The notes under the pieces: model-generated | What the model was told of the DNA's origin: nothing | What the model saw: the letters and a program-made list of their open reading frames with translations, nothing else | The model's database searches: none | Origin: Amoebophrya sp. A120 | Taxonomy: Eukaryota; Protista; Dinoflagellata | Assembly (NCBI GenBank): GCA_905178155.1 | Contig: CAJINV010000002.1 | Location: 11,076,634 to 11,140,633, forward strand | Direction: 5' to 3' | DNA: 64,000 nucleotides | Shown here: positions 12,489-22,682 of the stretch, in pieces | Layout of the letters: each line of letters opens with the position of its first letter | Position numbering within the stretch: position 1 is the first letter of the stretch | Program-made: the position numbers and the translations under genes

Positions 12489-15400
12489 ATGCGGTTGTTT
12501 TTCAAAACAGCAGGACCGGGCTCCGTCCCTCTGTTTTGCCTTCTCGTCCAATTGTACAGCCACTGGCGTTTTTCTGCTTTCCAGCGGTCTTGCCTTTCTG
12601 CTACTTCAATTCCCTTCGTGATAGGGGCGCGACGCGTCATCCGGCGCGAAACTAAAGACGCGGACACCTCTGGCTCTGCTGCGCGCGAGGATCGAGGTCC
12701 TATTTATTCCGGCACGAACAACAGTTCCTCGGCCTCTACTACAACGGCGCAGGACCCGCAGCAAGCCACTCCCAGTGTAGCATCAAAAACGCCTGACAAG
12801 AATGCCACAGCGCTGCACACCACTCGCGACAGGCACACAGAAATTGCCGCAGGTCGTGTAGTGACCGATCTTCCAACGGTTGCGAACACTCCCACTTCTT
12901 CTTCGACGCCAAAAGCGCTGCACGAAGGCAACGTAACCGGAGAGGCAGTAAAGCTGGTTGACTCCCCCGGTAGTTTACTTCCGCGCAACTTCAGCACGGG
13001 TGAGTCTCTGTTTCTCGCCGACGGAGACGTCGATTATGTGCAGCCGCCGCAAGAGGATTCACAATCAACCGCAGCAAAAGGACCGGGGCCGCTGGTAGCT
13101 GAGGTCCGCGGCGAAGAGCCGGGGGCAGACCAGACACCACGACCACACGAACCAGGGGCAAACGCACGACCGAGTCGTCGTAATATTACGGGACCCAACA
13201 GCAACAAGATGCTGCGAGTGGAAGCTGGCGCTGGAGGTGGTGAGGGGAATGGGAGGGCGATAGAAGCTTCGATAGCTTCTAGTTCCGACGACCATTATAG
13301 TGTAAAACAGCAAGACGAAGATCGTACAGACCCTGTGCCTCAAACTGGTGCAGAAGGCGCTAGTATGTAGTGAGGTCACCGAACGGTTCTAACCGGGGAG
13401 TTTTTTTGCCATCTCCCCTGAAAAACGACCGGCAGTTTTCAAGCGGGCGGGAGTGTTTTTTGACGAAAAAGATTTTCAATTATCAAGCGGCCGGAGCTTT
13501 GCCAACAAACAAGCCCGGTCGAAAACTATCGATTCCCGCTTGATAAAACGACGCAGGGGAGCCGGCAAAAGGGGCGCCCTTCTGAGGCGCCCGCCGCCTT
13601 GGTTTCTGGCGATTTGGGGCGCCCAAAAAGGGGCGCGCAAAAAACGCGCCCAAAATCAGAACAGCGAAACAGCATGGCACGGCCGCGATTTCGGAGCATT
13701 TTGGGCGGTCGCGAAAGCGGCCGCCTTTTCGCCGGTTTTAGAGCCTGGGAAGCTTTACAAAAAGCGCCGGCGTGAAAAATAAAAACGCGAAAAATAAAAA
13801 GCGCCCCAGACGCGCAAAGCCAATCCGCATGCTATGGGCCCGGTTTTTCTTCGCTTTTTGGGCGCCCCCCGTGGCACCCGGATCGGCCCCATAGCATCGG
13901 GGCTGGCTTTCGGAAGGGAATTTTGGAAATGCGCCAAAATTTGCGACGTTTCCCAAGTGGGCGCCATACCGTGCGGCATAACGTTACGCACGGCGGTATG
14001 GCGAGCCCATAAAAAGCAAAGCCGCGGCCAAGGCGGCGGTCGGCAAAAAAACGCCCACGACCTCACTACCCCCGCCCCGGCGGCTATATTTGGTAGGGGA
14101 ACGCGACAAGAAGGTGGAATAGCACCTCCATCGGCGGTTCGTCCCCCAGGAGCGGAGCAAAATTTGACAATCACGACGCACATACCGGAACAGCAGCAAC
14201 TCGCGAGCGACAGCACTGTCCCCAAGGCTGCTAGGAGCCGAGACCGCGAAGCTGCGAAAGCACCTAGTAGTCGCAACACCAAGAAGCAATTGCAATCTTC
14301 TTCGCTGCAAACCCGCTCTGCAACGGCCGTGACGAGGAACGAAAGGCACAACCCCATCATCCCGATCCAGCACTTGCATTCAAAAAGACGCCTCCGGCAT
14401 GCTAGCACGACAAAGAGCCCTGCAGCTTTAGCTCTGCGCGAAGAAGATAACAATGTCAAAATCCAGCTGCGCGGAGCTATTGCTAGCGCTTATCGCGAGA
14501 AAAAACTGTCTCAGTCTCAAACCTCTGCAGACTTTAGAATACAGCATGCCACACAAAACCCCTGATGTGCCAAACAGCAAGAGAAAACACATACGAAAAG
14601 CACCTGTCTTGCATGTCAGGCATGACAAAAAAGCGCCTCAAGGAGTGTCCGCATCTCGAGTTGAGACTGAACAGTTTTTTCTTGCGATAGCGCTCAGAGG
14701 CCGACTAGTAGTTCTTTCGGAACTGCTGGGGCGGACGACGGCCGCAGCGCCGCCAAAGAGGAGGCCGCCGCTCTGGTCAGCAGAAGCGGCGCCGGGCGCC
14801 AGCACCAGGAAAGCGCCAGCACGACCGATACCGCCACTTCAGATATCCCCGGACACGACGAGGACAAATCACGACACCCCCAAATTCGATCTGCGAGGAA
14901 AGCAGGTCCAGGTCGCGTCAGGAACGACCTAGAAAAACCTCGCATGAGTGCTGACGTTTCCAGGATAGATTCGAAACGGACACCACCATTATCGTCCGCG
15001 GCGCCCACAACAGAAGTTGAAGCACCCGAGACAAGACGCAGAGACGGAGCAACGGCTGCACCGACGGACGCAAAGAAGCAGTCTCGATTTGTTTCGCCGC
15101 CAGCCGCGTTTAGCACGACATCGTCCACGGGGAAAGAGAGTCACAACTTCCGCCCCGCTCCCCTTCACCAATTGTATTCGAAAAGGCGCCGCCAGAATGC
15201 AAGCCGGGCAATGAGCCCGGCCGCTTTGGGCGGAGATGAAGAAGACGGTCGAGGCTCGGTCTCGTCTGTGCCTGCAGCGCATGACTCTCTATCTTCTAAA
15301 CACAAACAACTCCACGACCATTTTCTTTCATTTCAACAGGAGCAAGAAGAAGAACCCCATAATTTTCAGAATTCTGCGGAGCGAGTAGGAGTCGGAATAC

Positions 15401-18400
15401 AACCGGAAGACCTCTATCTCTATGATACGAACACGACCTCCTCGGCCGCGGCTTCTGTGCGCGATATTTTTCAACAAGAGCGGCTCCATCGCGGCTTTCA
15501 GAGTTCAGCGGGTGCGGAGCAAACACAACCACAGGGCCCACCGTCTGGAAGCGCGGACCCGGACGCAGGCGGCGCAGGCAGCTACCTTCAAACGACAAAA
15601 AACTACAACGCTGAGTGCGAAACAGATAATCTAGAATCCCATCCGCAACCCACGTACGGGAACTGCGTTTACGATCCATGCCACCGCGTTGACGGGTGGG
15701 GCGAATGGAACGAGTGGGCCCCGGCAAGCTGGGCCGCGGAGAGCGGACCGAATATCCGCAGTGAAAATTGCTGCGACTTCCCCGCCCGCCCGTAGTCAAG
15801 ACGGAAAGAACTTTTCTAGACAAATCCAGGAGTTTTGGAATGACATACGCATGACAACTTTGGCTACGCAGCGTGGTCGTGAGTAGCTAGCGCAGCCGCA
15901 TCATACATAGACTGTTTTAAATTGATTCGAGCATCAAAATTTTTGAAACGCGACTAGTGACTGGGAATGGCTCTTAGGGGAATCCGTATCATGAGACAAA
16001 TTTTTACAGGCGACGTGCAGATTTGCATGACAAATCTGGGGTGGGGACGTTTCTACACAGGACACCGAATGCGTGTGGGTTAGGCCAAGTCGAGAGACAG
16101 CGGAAAAAGGTCAGAAACGGGGATAGAGACTGCGAGAACGCCTGGGGAAGCTGCGGCGGGGACGGGTGGGGCAACCACCGACATAACTTGCACTATAATG
16201 ATATGAAAGCGTCAGGCCCTTGGAAATTTGTAAAAGTTGAAAAAAAATGCGCCGTCATGTATAGAATGCAACAAATACAAAGTGTCTGTGCTCTGTTAGA
16301 CTGGAGCCAACCGAGGCAGCTTGTAAGCCTGCCCAGAGTCATAGGCTCCGGTGTAGGCGAGCGCGACAAAAAAAAGCCCTCCCTCCGCTCTAGATTCCTG
16401 GACGGCGTGGCGATTGGCCCTCCGTGTCTGGGAAATCTGTCGTACGCTGCTTCAGAGAATTTGGATTCACCAATGGGGTTCAGTTTTATGCCTCAAAAAT
16501 ATGTAATTGTAACGCGTAGCGCTTAAGCTTATATCAGTGTGCATGAACAAGCAAGGAAGTTGCACTGTTCGGCGTCGGGCTGGCTGCCCGTCGCCGACCA
16601 CCTTCGGCTGGGTCTTTGTCCTCTATCGTTAGTCTTCGCCTCGCCTTGGCTTGCCTCGGCTTGGCGTTTTTTCGTCTCTTCGGTTCTCGGAGGTTGGATA
16701 TTTGACGGAGGGGAGAAAGCGAGGCGTACTTGTACGCCTCAGGCCTTCGCTCTGGTTCTGCTTCGCATTCCGCGTTGTCGTTTCCGGCGCTGCCGATACT
16801 TAGTGTGGACCAATACAGTGTGCGGCAAGGAAAGAGCTCCGGCGGTCCCGTTGCCACTGAGCTGCCCTAGCCATGGGCAGGTCAGAACAGGAGGTGTGCG
16901 TTTTTCCGTGTGCACGTAGCTCGGCCCCACCGAGCGCCAGGGCATTGTCCTGACAGGGGGTGATGTCCCGGTGGGAAGGAAGTTGCTGCGCATAGAGATG
17001 TTGGATTCTTCAACTTCCTTCCAGGTTGTTCCCTTGCGGTGGTACCTACGCACATGTCGCTGACGCGCTTACGGCTCTCGTGGGCGCCACTGGCCGGGGA
17101 GCGAGGGAAGGATCCAGTTGGCCACGGTGTGGCCGCTGTGGTTCTTCACACACGCCGTTAAGGGCACATGTCCGGCGTTATCTCGGCCGTTGGCTGAGGG
17201 GGCTTTCGGCAACACGCAACGGCAAACAGCGCAGCCCGTTCTGCGGCCTGCCGCTCTGCGTGCCGCGGGTGTCCCATGATTCTGTTCTCCGATGTGAGTT
17301 GCAACGCAGCAGAGGAGCAGCAGTAGTGGGCCACTCGCCTGTCAGCGATCGATGAAGCCGCGAGGGCGGGGGGGCCGCGTTTCACGCTGCCACAAATAGC
17401 GGCCGCACTCAAGGCGGAGCGACGCTGCTGGCTTCCTAGGGCATTGATTGCCCGCGAGGCCCTTGGCAATTGCCAAGGGCCGAGCCCAGTCTAACTTTGG
17501 CGTTAGCCGGTATAAGATCACACTACCGCGATCATAAGCCGGAGGGAGCGAACCATACTCCAACTACAAAAAACGCGAGACATACGGCCACAGCACAGGG
17601 CACCCCAGCGCCCACCTTTTCGCCCCTGCCGCACGCTCGCAGGGGCGGCCGTCCGGTGGGTTGACAAATACGAAGACACCCGCTTGCCCAATGGGTACGG
17701 GGACAAAATAGCGCAGTACAGATGGCCGGCACCCACACCACACTCATCGCCCCGCACCCTGGACGCGCAACCCCACAGCCCCGCAGGTGGCGGCGGCCTG
17801 CATACAGTGGGTCCCATGCCGGGGACGCCAGTTGATAGAGGTGCTCCGCCGTCCGCGTGTATGACTTCGATGAAGCCGCCTGCGGGGAAGAATTGGGGTG
17901 GGGTCGTGCGATCGCGACGTCGTTGCATTGCTGCGGCCTTTCGACGGGGGTCGTGACCTTCTCGTTGCAGCTTTTGCGCTGACGTTTGGTTGTGTCACTA
18001 CGACGTAGCCAGACCTGTCGCGCAGGAGTATCAGGAGTGCCGACTCGGAAGGAGAGCTGAGTAGCGTTGCCTACCGGCATTGCGACTCCGTCCTTCCTCG
18101 GCGTCGGTCCGCCGGTGTTGATTGCCAAGGCAGTCAGCACGGTCGAAGGGGTTCAGCGGTTGGTGTGGGGGCGAGAGCTGTCCGTCTTCGCGCAGTCTTG
18201 ATTGTTTCTTCTCCTGTTTCGAACTTCTCCGTTGTTGTTCGACTCATCCAGCGTGCCTGGGAGCGCTTTGCTGATGGATCTGATGAAACAAAAAGCCTGC
18301 GCGCTTCGGGCTGAAGCATCGCGTCGCAGCGTTTTGCGCTGTGTCACAATCCCGTGGAACTTTTCCGGGCAGACATTCACTAGACAAACTTGGCAGCAAA

Positions 18401-21400
18401 CTCCCATAGCTCCACCCGGCTCCCTCACTTAGCTGCAGGGATTACGTGCCGGCACTGTCCCACGATCTCGCTTCCTAGCTTCGCAGCACCGCGCGCGCGG
18501 CCCTCTGTCCCCGATAGCTCCGGGCCGCCCCGGCATTTCCTCTCTCACCTTTGGGGAACGTGTCAGTCCGGCGGTCCATGTCGTGTCCCATGGCCTGGCC
18601 CACCTTTTTTATGTCCCCCCGCGACGTGGCTCTGGGGGGTTTGGGAGCCTGGCTTCCGTGGCTTGCTTCCTGTAGCTCGCTGCGCCGGCCGAGTTTTCTT
18701 TTTGTTGGCAGTGTGGTCGCCGCATGGCATCTTGCGACCCAGTCTGGGGCGCGCTCTGTTCCATTACTTGCGCTTTTATTCAGATGCGCACGCCTTCATC
18801 CTATGAGTGAATTGCGCAGAGAAAGCGAAACCACAACTGCATAAAGTACTGATTCAAATTGTTCAATTTTGCCGAATTCCAAGCTGGCGCGCCAATAAAC
18901 AAGTACAGAGTTTGCACATACCCACCCTGCGATTGCGAGGTGGGCAGTTGGAACGAGTGGGGCCGGTGCGATGCAGCCTGCGGCATAGGAACGCAGACGC
19001 GGAAGCGAACGCAGACAAAACAGCCCACCTCCGAGGGCCTAAGTTGCGCAGAGACTAAGGACGTCAATGGCGTCGCATACAACATATTGACGCAAAAGCG
19101 CGCGTTATCCGAAAAAAACCGTAACCGCCCCAGATTTGTCATGAAAAGTTGCCTGTTGTGCTCAGGGTGCGTGGTCATGGTGTTTCTCATGTGGGTGTCC
19201 ACTAAAGGGCCTGCGGCGCAGCTGGGAGGGAGCGGGTGTCCATTACATGATGACGATGGTGATGATGCGGGTTGCTATGAGAGCGACGAGGCATTCGATT
19301 CCCTAAACGGTGTTTGGGAATCTGTCGCGCACTGATTATCCAGACAGCAGAGAAGCGGAATTGTAGATGCATCTGGAGTAGTTACGAACGACTACGCTGC
19401 ACAGCCAGACTTGTTGTGCGTGAGTCCCACAACTTCATCCGGCTTTGCTTTACAGGATTTTTTTCCATCTTGAATTCAGGGCGGGGGCGTTTTTACTGGG
19501 GATGCGTGTGCCAGATCTGCGAGAGTGGAGAGTGGAAGTGCGAACCAGATGAGCAAAAGTGCTCAAAAACATGCTGCTCACTTCTTGACTCGAAGAGGAA
19601 CACCAACCAGTACGACGACAACCGAAGTTGCCAGACGTATGCAAAGACCGAAACTAGCGGTAAATGCAAGTGGGGCTACGGCGACCCTGACGGCACCAGC
19701 ACATTAACAGATACGACTGAGACATGTGCCGACGCGAAGTACTACACGACCGCACTATCGTCCAATACGGATTCCGTGAAACAGCAACACTGCAGCAGCA
19801 AATGCACCGACGGAACCTCCGGCACCTGTAACTGTGCCAAAATTGCGATCTGCCACGAAAAATGTCAAGACGCAAATGAAGGCGCTCCGTCGGGCGGGTT
19901 TTGTTTCGACAATTCCAGTCCATCCGCCGGTTGGTATTACCCGTCGAACAAAGCCAGCGACGATGACGAATGCGACAGCCCGATTTGTGGCAGGATCGGG
20001 GAAACAACTACAGCAAATAACGTGGAAAATGATTGTTCCAAGAACTGCTGCAGTGCCACGGCCCAGTGCAGCAGCACGGAGGCGCCAGGCGGCAATCAGC
20101 ACTGTCGGAACCTAAAGGACCCCGCGAACCAATCCCTAGACCTAGGCAAGGCCTACAACCGCGACAACGAGGCTAAATTTTGCAAACTACAAAACTGTGA
20201 CACATCCAGCGAGCCCGACCAGAGCACGTGCTGCAAGCTACGGGAGTGTCAATGCACCAGCCCTGGGGGTAAGACGCCGGCCACCGGGGCAGCTTGTCTA
20301 ATCTGTGCAAAAGTATCGCACTCGTAGTAAGTAATTCTTGGACGCATGCGGTACAAATCTAGCTCCTAAGTAGCAAAGCCAGCGTTTTGGACAAATTTCT
20401 TTTCCAATGCTGAGCCGATTTGTCATGCCATTTAAGTACTAGAGTTGTGCGATAGTACTTTTGCAATGCATATTGTCTATCAAGTGTAAAAATGTCTGGG
20501 TCTGGAAGATTGCCAGGTTTGTCATACACATTTTGCATGACTCCTGATGTCTGTGATGCATGCCCGAGCGTCACAGATTTTGTAAGGGCTTCCTGATGCC
20601 TATACCGCATGACAAATGCTCTTTCCGTTGAGCAAAACTTGGACTCTCTTTGCTGCTCATGCAGTACAGATTTTTTTACAATCCAAAATCAGCATGACAA
20701 GTTGCAATCTTCCAGACCCAGACATTTTTACATTTGATATTGTCCGGCGGAAAGCAATGAATTCTGCACCGAGGTGGACTATGGTTATCACCTCGTCCAT
20801 ATCAAGTGCAAAAATGTCTCGGTCTAGAAGAATGCAAGTTTGTCATGCTTGTCTCACATGACTCTTAAATTTGTCACGCACATTACCCAAGACCCCCATT
20901 TTATTTTCTGTCGTGCAGAAACGCAGTTTGTCATGCAGAATAGGCAACACCAAGAAGCTCAGAAACTTGTCATGCTGAGCCAGCACTTGTGGCCTCCTCA
21001 TGATACGCCACCCAGCATCACAAGTGTCCAGACCCAGACATATTTGCATTTCATAGTCCACGACGCAGCTGCGGGAACGCAAGAAGCAGTGCAGAACCAG
21101 TGCACGTGCGAGGGAGGCGATCCGGCGGTGGGGCCGGATACAGACAACCCCGAAGATACGTGCTTTGACGTATCCTGAGTTGCAAAAACGTCCTCCCCAC
21201 ACCATAATTCATCAAGAGCGGTGGAAATTTGATCACAACAAGATTTCGCCGTTGCGCAGGGCAGCCTGCCTGCCTTGGAGCCGCAGTGTACTACTACGCT
21301 TGGTCAGTTCGTGCAGCCACGTCGCAAATCGACGATCGCGATTGCCTTATGACAAAGTCCTACCGACAGCGTTTCTAATGGAACTCCGTATCATGAGAAT

Positions 21401-22682
21401 CACCCTGCTGGGGACTAGGCAAATATGGAGAGGGGACGTTTTTACCCAGGATGCGATCATGGCTACATTCAATGCAAAAGTACAGGCTGCTTATCGGGTG
21501 CGAATATGTCTGGGTCTGGAACTGTGCGAAGTTGTGATGCGCATTTTACATCACCCAAAAATCTGTCATGCATAGATTAGAAGCCAAAGGTTGCACAATT
21601 CTTGCCACCGAAAGAAGGGCTTTATTATGCGGATTACGCATTAAGTGGCATTCTCGAAGCTTGTGATGCTACAGCGTGTATGCCGAACCTTCTTGATCAT
21701 GCGAAAGCTGCATCACAAACCTCTGCATCCTTCCAGACCCACACGCATCTGCATTTGATACTGCTACGAGAACCACGAGTTCGAACCGATCGAACGCATC
21801 TTATGCAAAGAAAAGACTGCTACAGGGTGAGATTGTGTTGCAAAACATGCAAGACAGACGATCTCTGTCATGCGCAAAAGACATGCGTGTCTCGTTTCGT
21901 GTGCGTTTTGCCTTATGATCTCTGCATTAGCGTCATGCGAGGCAAATTTGTGATGTTGAATTCACTACAGGTGTGTAACTGTAGCACTTTTTTCCTTGCA
22001 TGCATCTGCCTGTGGGTCGACTATCCTGCGTAAAAACGTCCGCACCCCATAGTCAAGAAGATGGGAAAGCTGCTAAACAAAGCAACAAGCTGAAGCTTTG
22101 GCGGTTGCGCATGACAAGTCTGGGTGTGCAATGTAGTCTCGTTTACCTGCTCATGCAGAAGTATGACATATCCAAGTACTTAGAATATTGTACTGATTCG
22201 GGTATCACAGATTCCAAAACACCACTAGAATATGCTTCTCATGGCGCTCCACATGAGAAGCAATTGCATTTTAAGCATGCAAATTTGCATGACAACTATG
22301 CGTAGTGAGCGTTGGCGTGAAGTAAGTTGGAATTCGTGGCCGGGAGATGATGGCGATGGCGCTTCGGTGCCCGCCTGACCTGCCTTCCCTGCGTGACAGC
22401 CATCTGCGGCCGTTTGCGAAGGGGGAGGCGAAGTGTGCTGCAATTCCTTTAGCATGACAAGTACGAGGTGGGGACGTTTTTACTCAGGGTACTGACCCCC
22501 CGGAAATCATGGAGGCAAACGTCACAAACGACTCCAATGAGACCAACGAAACGGACAAAACAGCAGCACCAGCCTCCTCCGGGCTACTCGCAACCATCCT
22601 GGTCGGGATTGTTCTTTTCTTCGTGCTTTTTTGTTGCGGAAGCGAGGCCGAGGAACTCATTGAAGTTGAGGAAGCGTTATAG
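12489..22682 (+). CDS. TSP1-repeat / Cys-rich type I membrane protein (adhesin-like), ~1298 aa, 14 exons: 12489-13363, 14097-14490, 14695-15752, 16070-16193, 16545-16550, 18904-19077, 19332-19370, 19506-20298, 20745-20799, 21061-21170, 21459-21491, 21766-21801, 22008-22021, 22497-22682
   Basis: The hand-spliced exons sum to 3897 nt in one frame. Contains TSP1 motifs WGEWNEW..CGLGQVERQRK and WNEWGRCDAACGIGTQTRKR, Cys-rich repeats (CQCTSPGG..TGAACPAESNEFC..GYHL; NQCTCEGGDPAVG), a TM segment GLLATILVGIVLFFVLFCC and an acidic tail SEAEELIEVEEAL*. Confidence 0.75.
13364..14091. mobile_element. Introner (~730 bp) in the TSP1 gene, degenerate TSD GCTAG/GGTAG
   Basis: IR GTAGTGAGGTC/GACCTCACTAC plus TTTTTTTGCC/GGCAAAAAAA; removing 13364-14096 (733 nt) joins frames; right end approximate. 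Confidence 0.6.
14491..14689. mobile_element. Introner, TSD GCGCT
   Basis: ~30-bp TIR TATCGCGAGAAAAAACTGTCTCAGTCTCAA / TTGAGACTGAACAGTTTTTTCTTGCGATA; GCGCT at 14486-14490 and 14690-14694; removing 204 nt restores sequence collinear with the paralog. Confidence 0.9.
15753..16064. mobile_element. Introner, family 2 (TIR ~TATCCTGMGTAAAAACGTCCCCACC), TSD CCGAA
   Basis: CCGAA at 15748-15752 and 16065-16069; removing 317 nt rebuilds the TSP1 motif SGPNACGLGQVERQRK. Confidence 0.85.
16194..16539. mobile_element. Degenerate introner, TSD TGCAC/TGCAT
   Basis: Weak IR (TGATATGAAAGC/GCTTATATCA); removing 351 nt keeps the frame. Confidence 0.55.
16551..18903 (+). other. Large GC-AG intron (2353 nt) containing a GC-rich insertion
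   Basis: GCAAGG...AAACAAG ends; splicing gives HEQYRVCTYPPC, a plausible TSP1 C-terminus. Confidence 0.55.
17400..18150 (-). pseudogene. Possible decayed APE-type endonuclease of a non-LTR retrotransposon
   Basis: Frame-hopping minus-strand fragments AINTGG, LSSPSESAL..SGYVVV, GAGHLYC..SPYPLGKRVSSYL and LPPAYDRGSVI loosely follow the APE motif order (N, E, GDFN, SDH). Confidence 0.3.
19078..19338. mobile_element. Degenerate introner (~254-nt intron; boundaries +/-7 nt)
   Basis: Removing 254 nt restores the frame (TCGCA/GCGCA); weak IR and an internal TTGTCATGA. Confidence 0.5.
19371..19505. mobile_element. Short in-frame introner (135 nt), family-2-like ends, DR GATGC
   Basis: GATGC at 19366-19370 and 19501-19505; IR GCATCTGGAGTAGTTACG / CGTTTTTACTGGGGATGC; no stop inside. 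Confidence 0.55.
20299..20472. mobile_element. Introner A of a tandem pair, TSD TTGTC
   Basis: IR TGCAAAAGTATCGCAC / GTGCGATAGTACTTTTGCA; TTGTC at 20294-20298 and 20473-20477. Confidence 0.8.
20478..20739 (-). mobile_element. Introner B of a tandem pair, family 1, inverted relative to the 11140 copy, TSD TTGTC
   Basis: ~35-bp near-perfect TIR TATCAAGTGTAAAAATGTCTGGGTCTGGAAGATTGC; TTGTC at 20473-20477 and 20740-20744. Confidence 0.92.
20800..21055 (+). mobile_element. Introner, family 1, TSD GTCCA
   Basis: GTCCA at 20795-20799 and 21056-21060; removing 261 nt gives GYHLVHDAAAG..NQCTC. Confidence 0.9.
21171..21453. mobile_element. Introner, family 2, decayed TSD
   Basis: IR TATCCTGAGT..AAAAACGTCC / GGACGTTTTTACCCAGGATG; element+5 nt = 288, in frame. 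Confidence 0.8.
21492..21760 (+). mobile_element. Introner, family 1, TSD CTGCT
   Basis: CTGCT at 21487-21491 and 21761-21765; TIR TATCGGGTGCGAATATGTCTGGGTCTGGAA. Confidence 0.88.
21802..22002. mobile_element. Introner, TSD CATCT
   Basis: CATCT at 21797-21801 and 22003-22007; IR TATGCAAAGAAAAGACTGCTACAG / CTGTAGCACTTTTTTCCTTGCATG. Confidence 0.85.
22022..22491. mobile_element. Introner, family 2, TSD TCGAC/CTGAC
   Basis: IR TATCCTGCGTAAAAACGTCCGCACC / GGTGGGGACGTTTTTACTCAGGGTA; removing 475 nt leads into the TM exon in frame. Confidence 0.85.
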
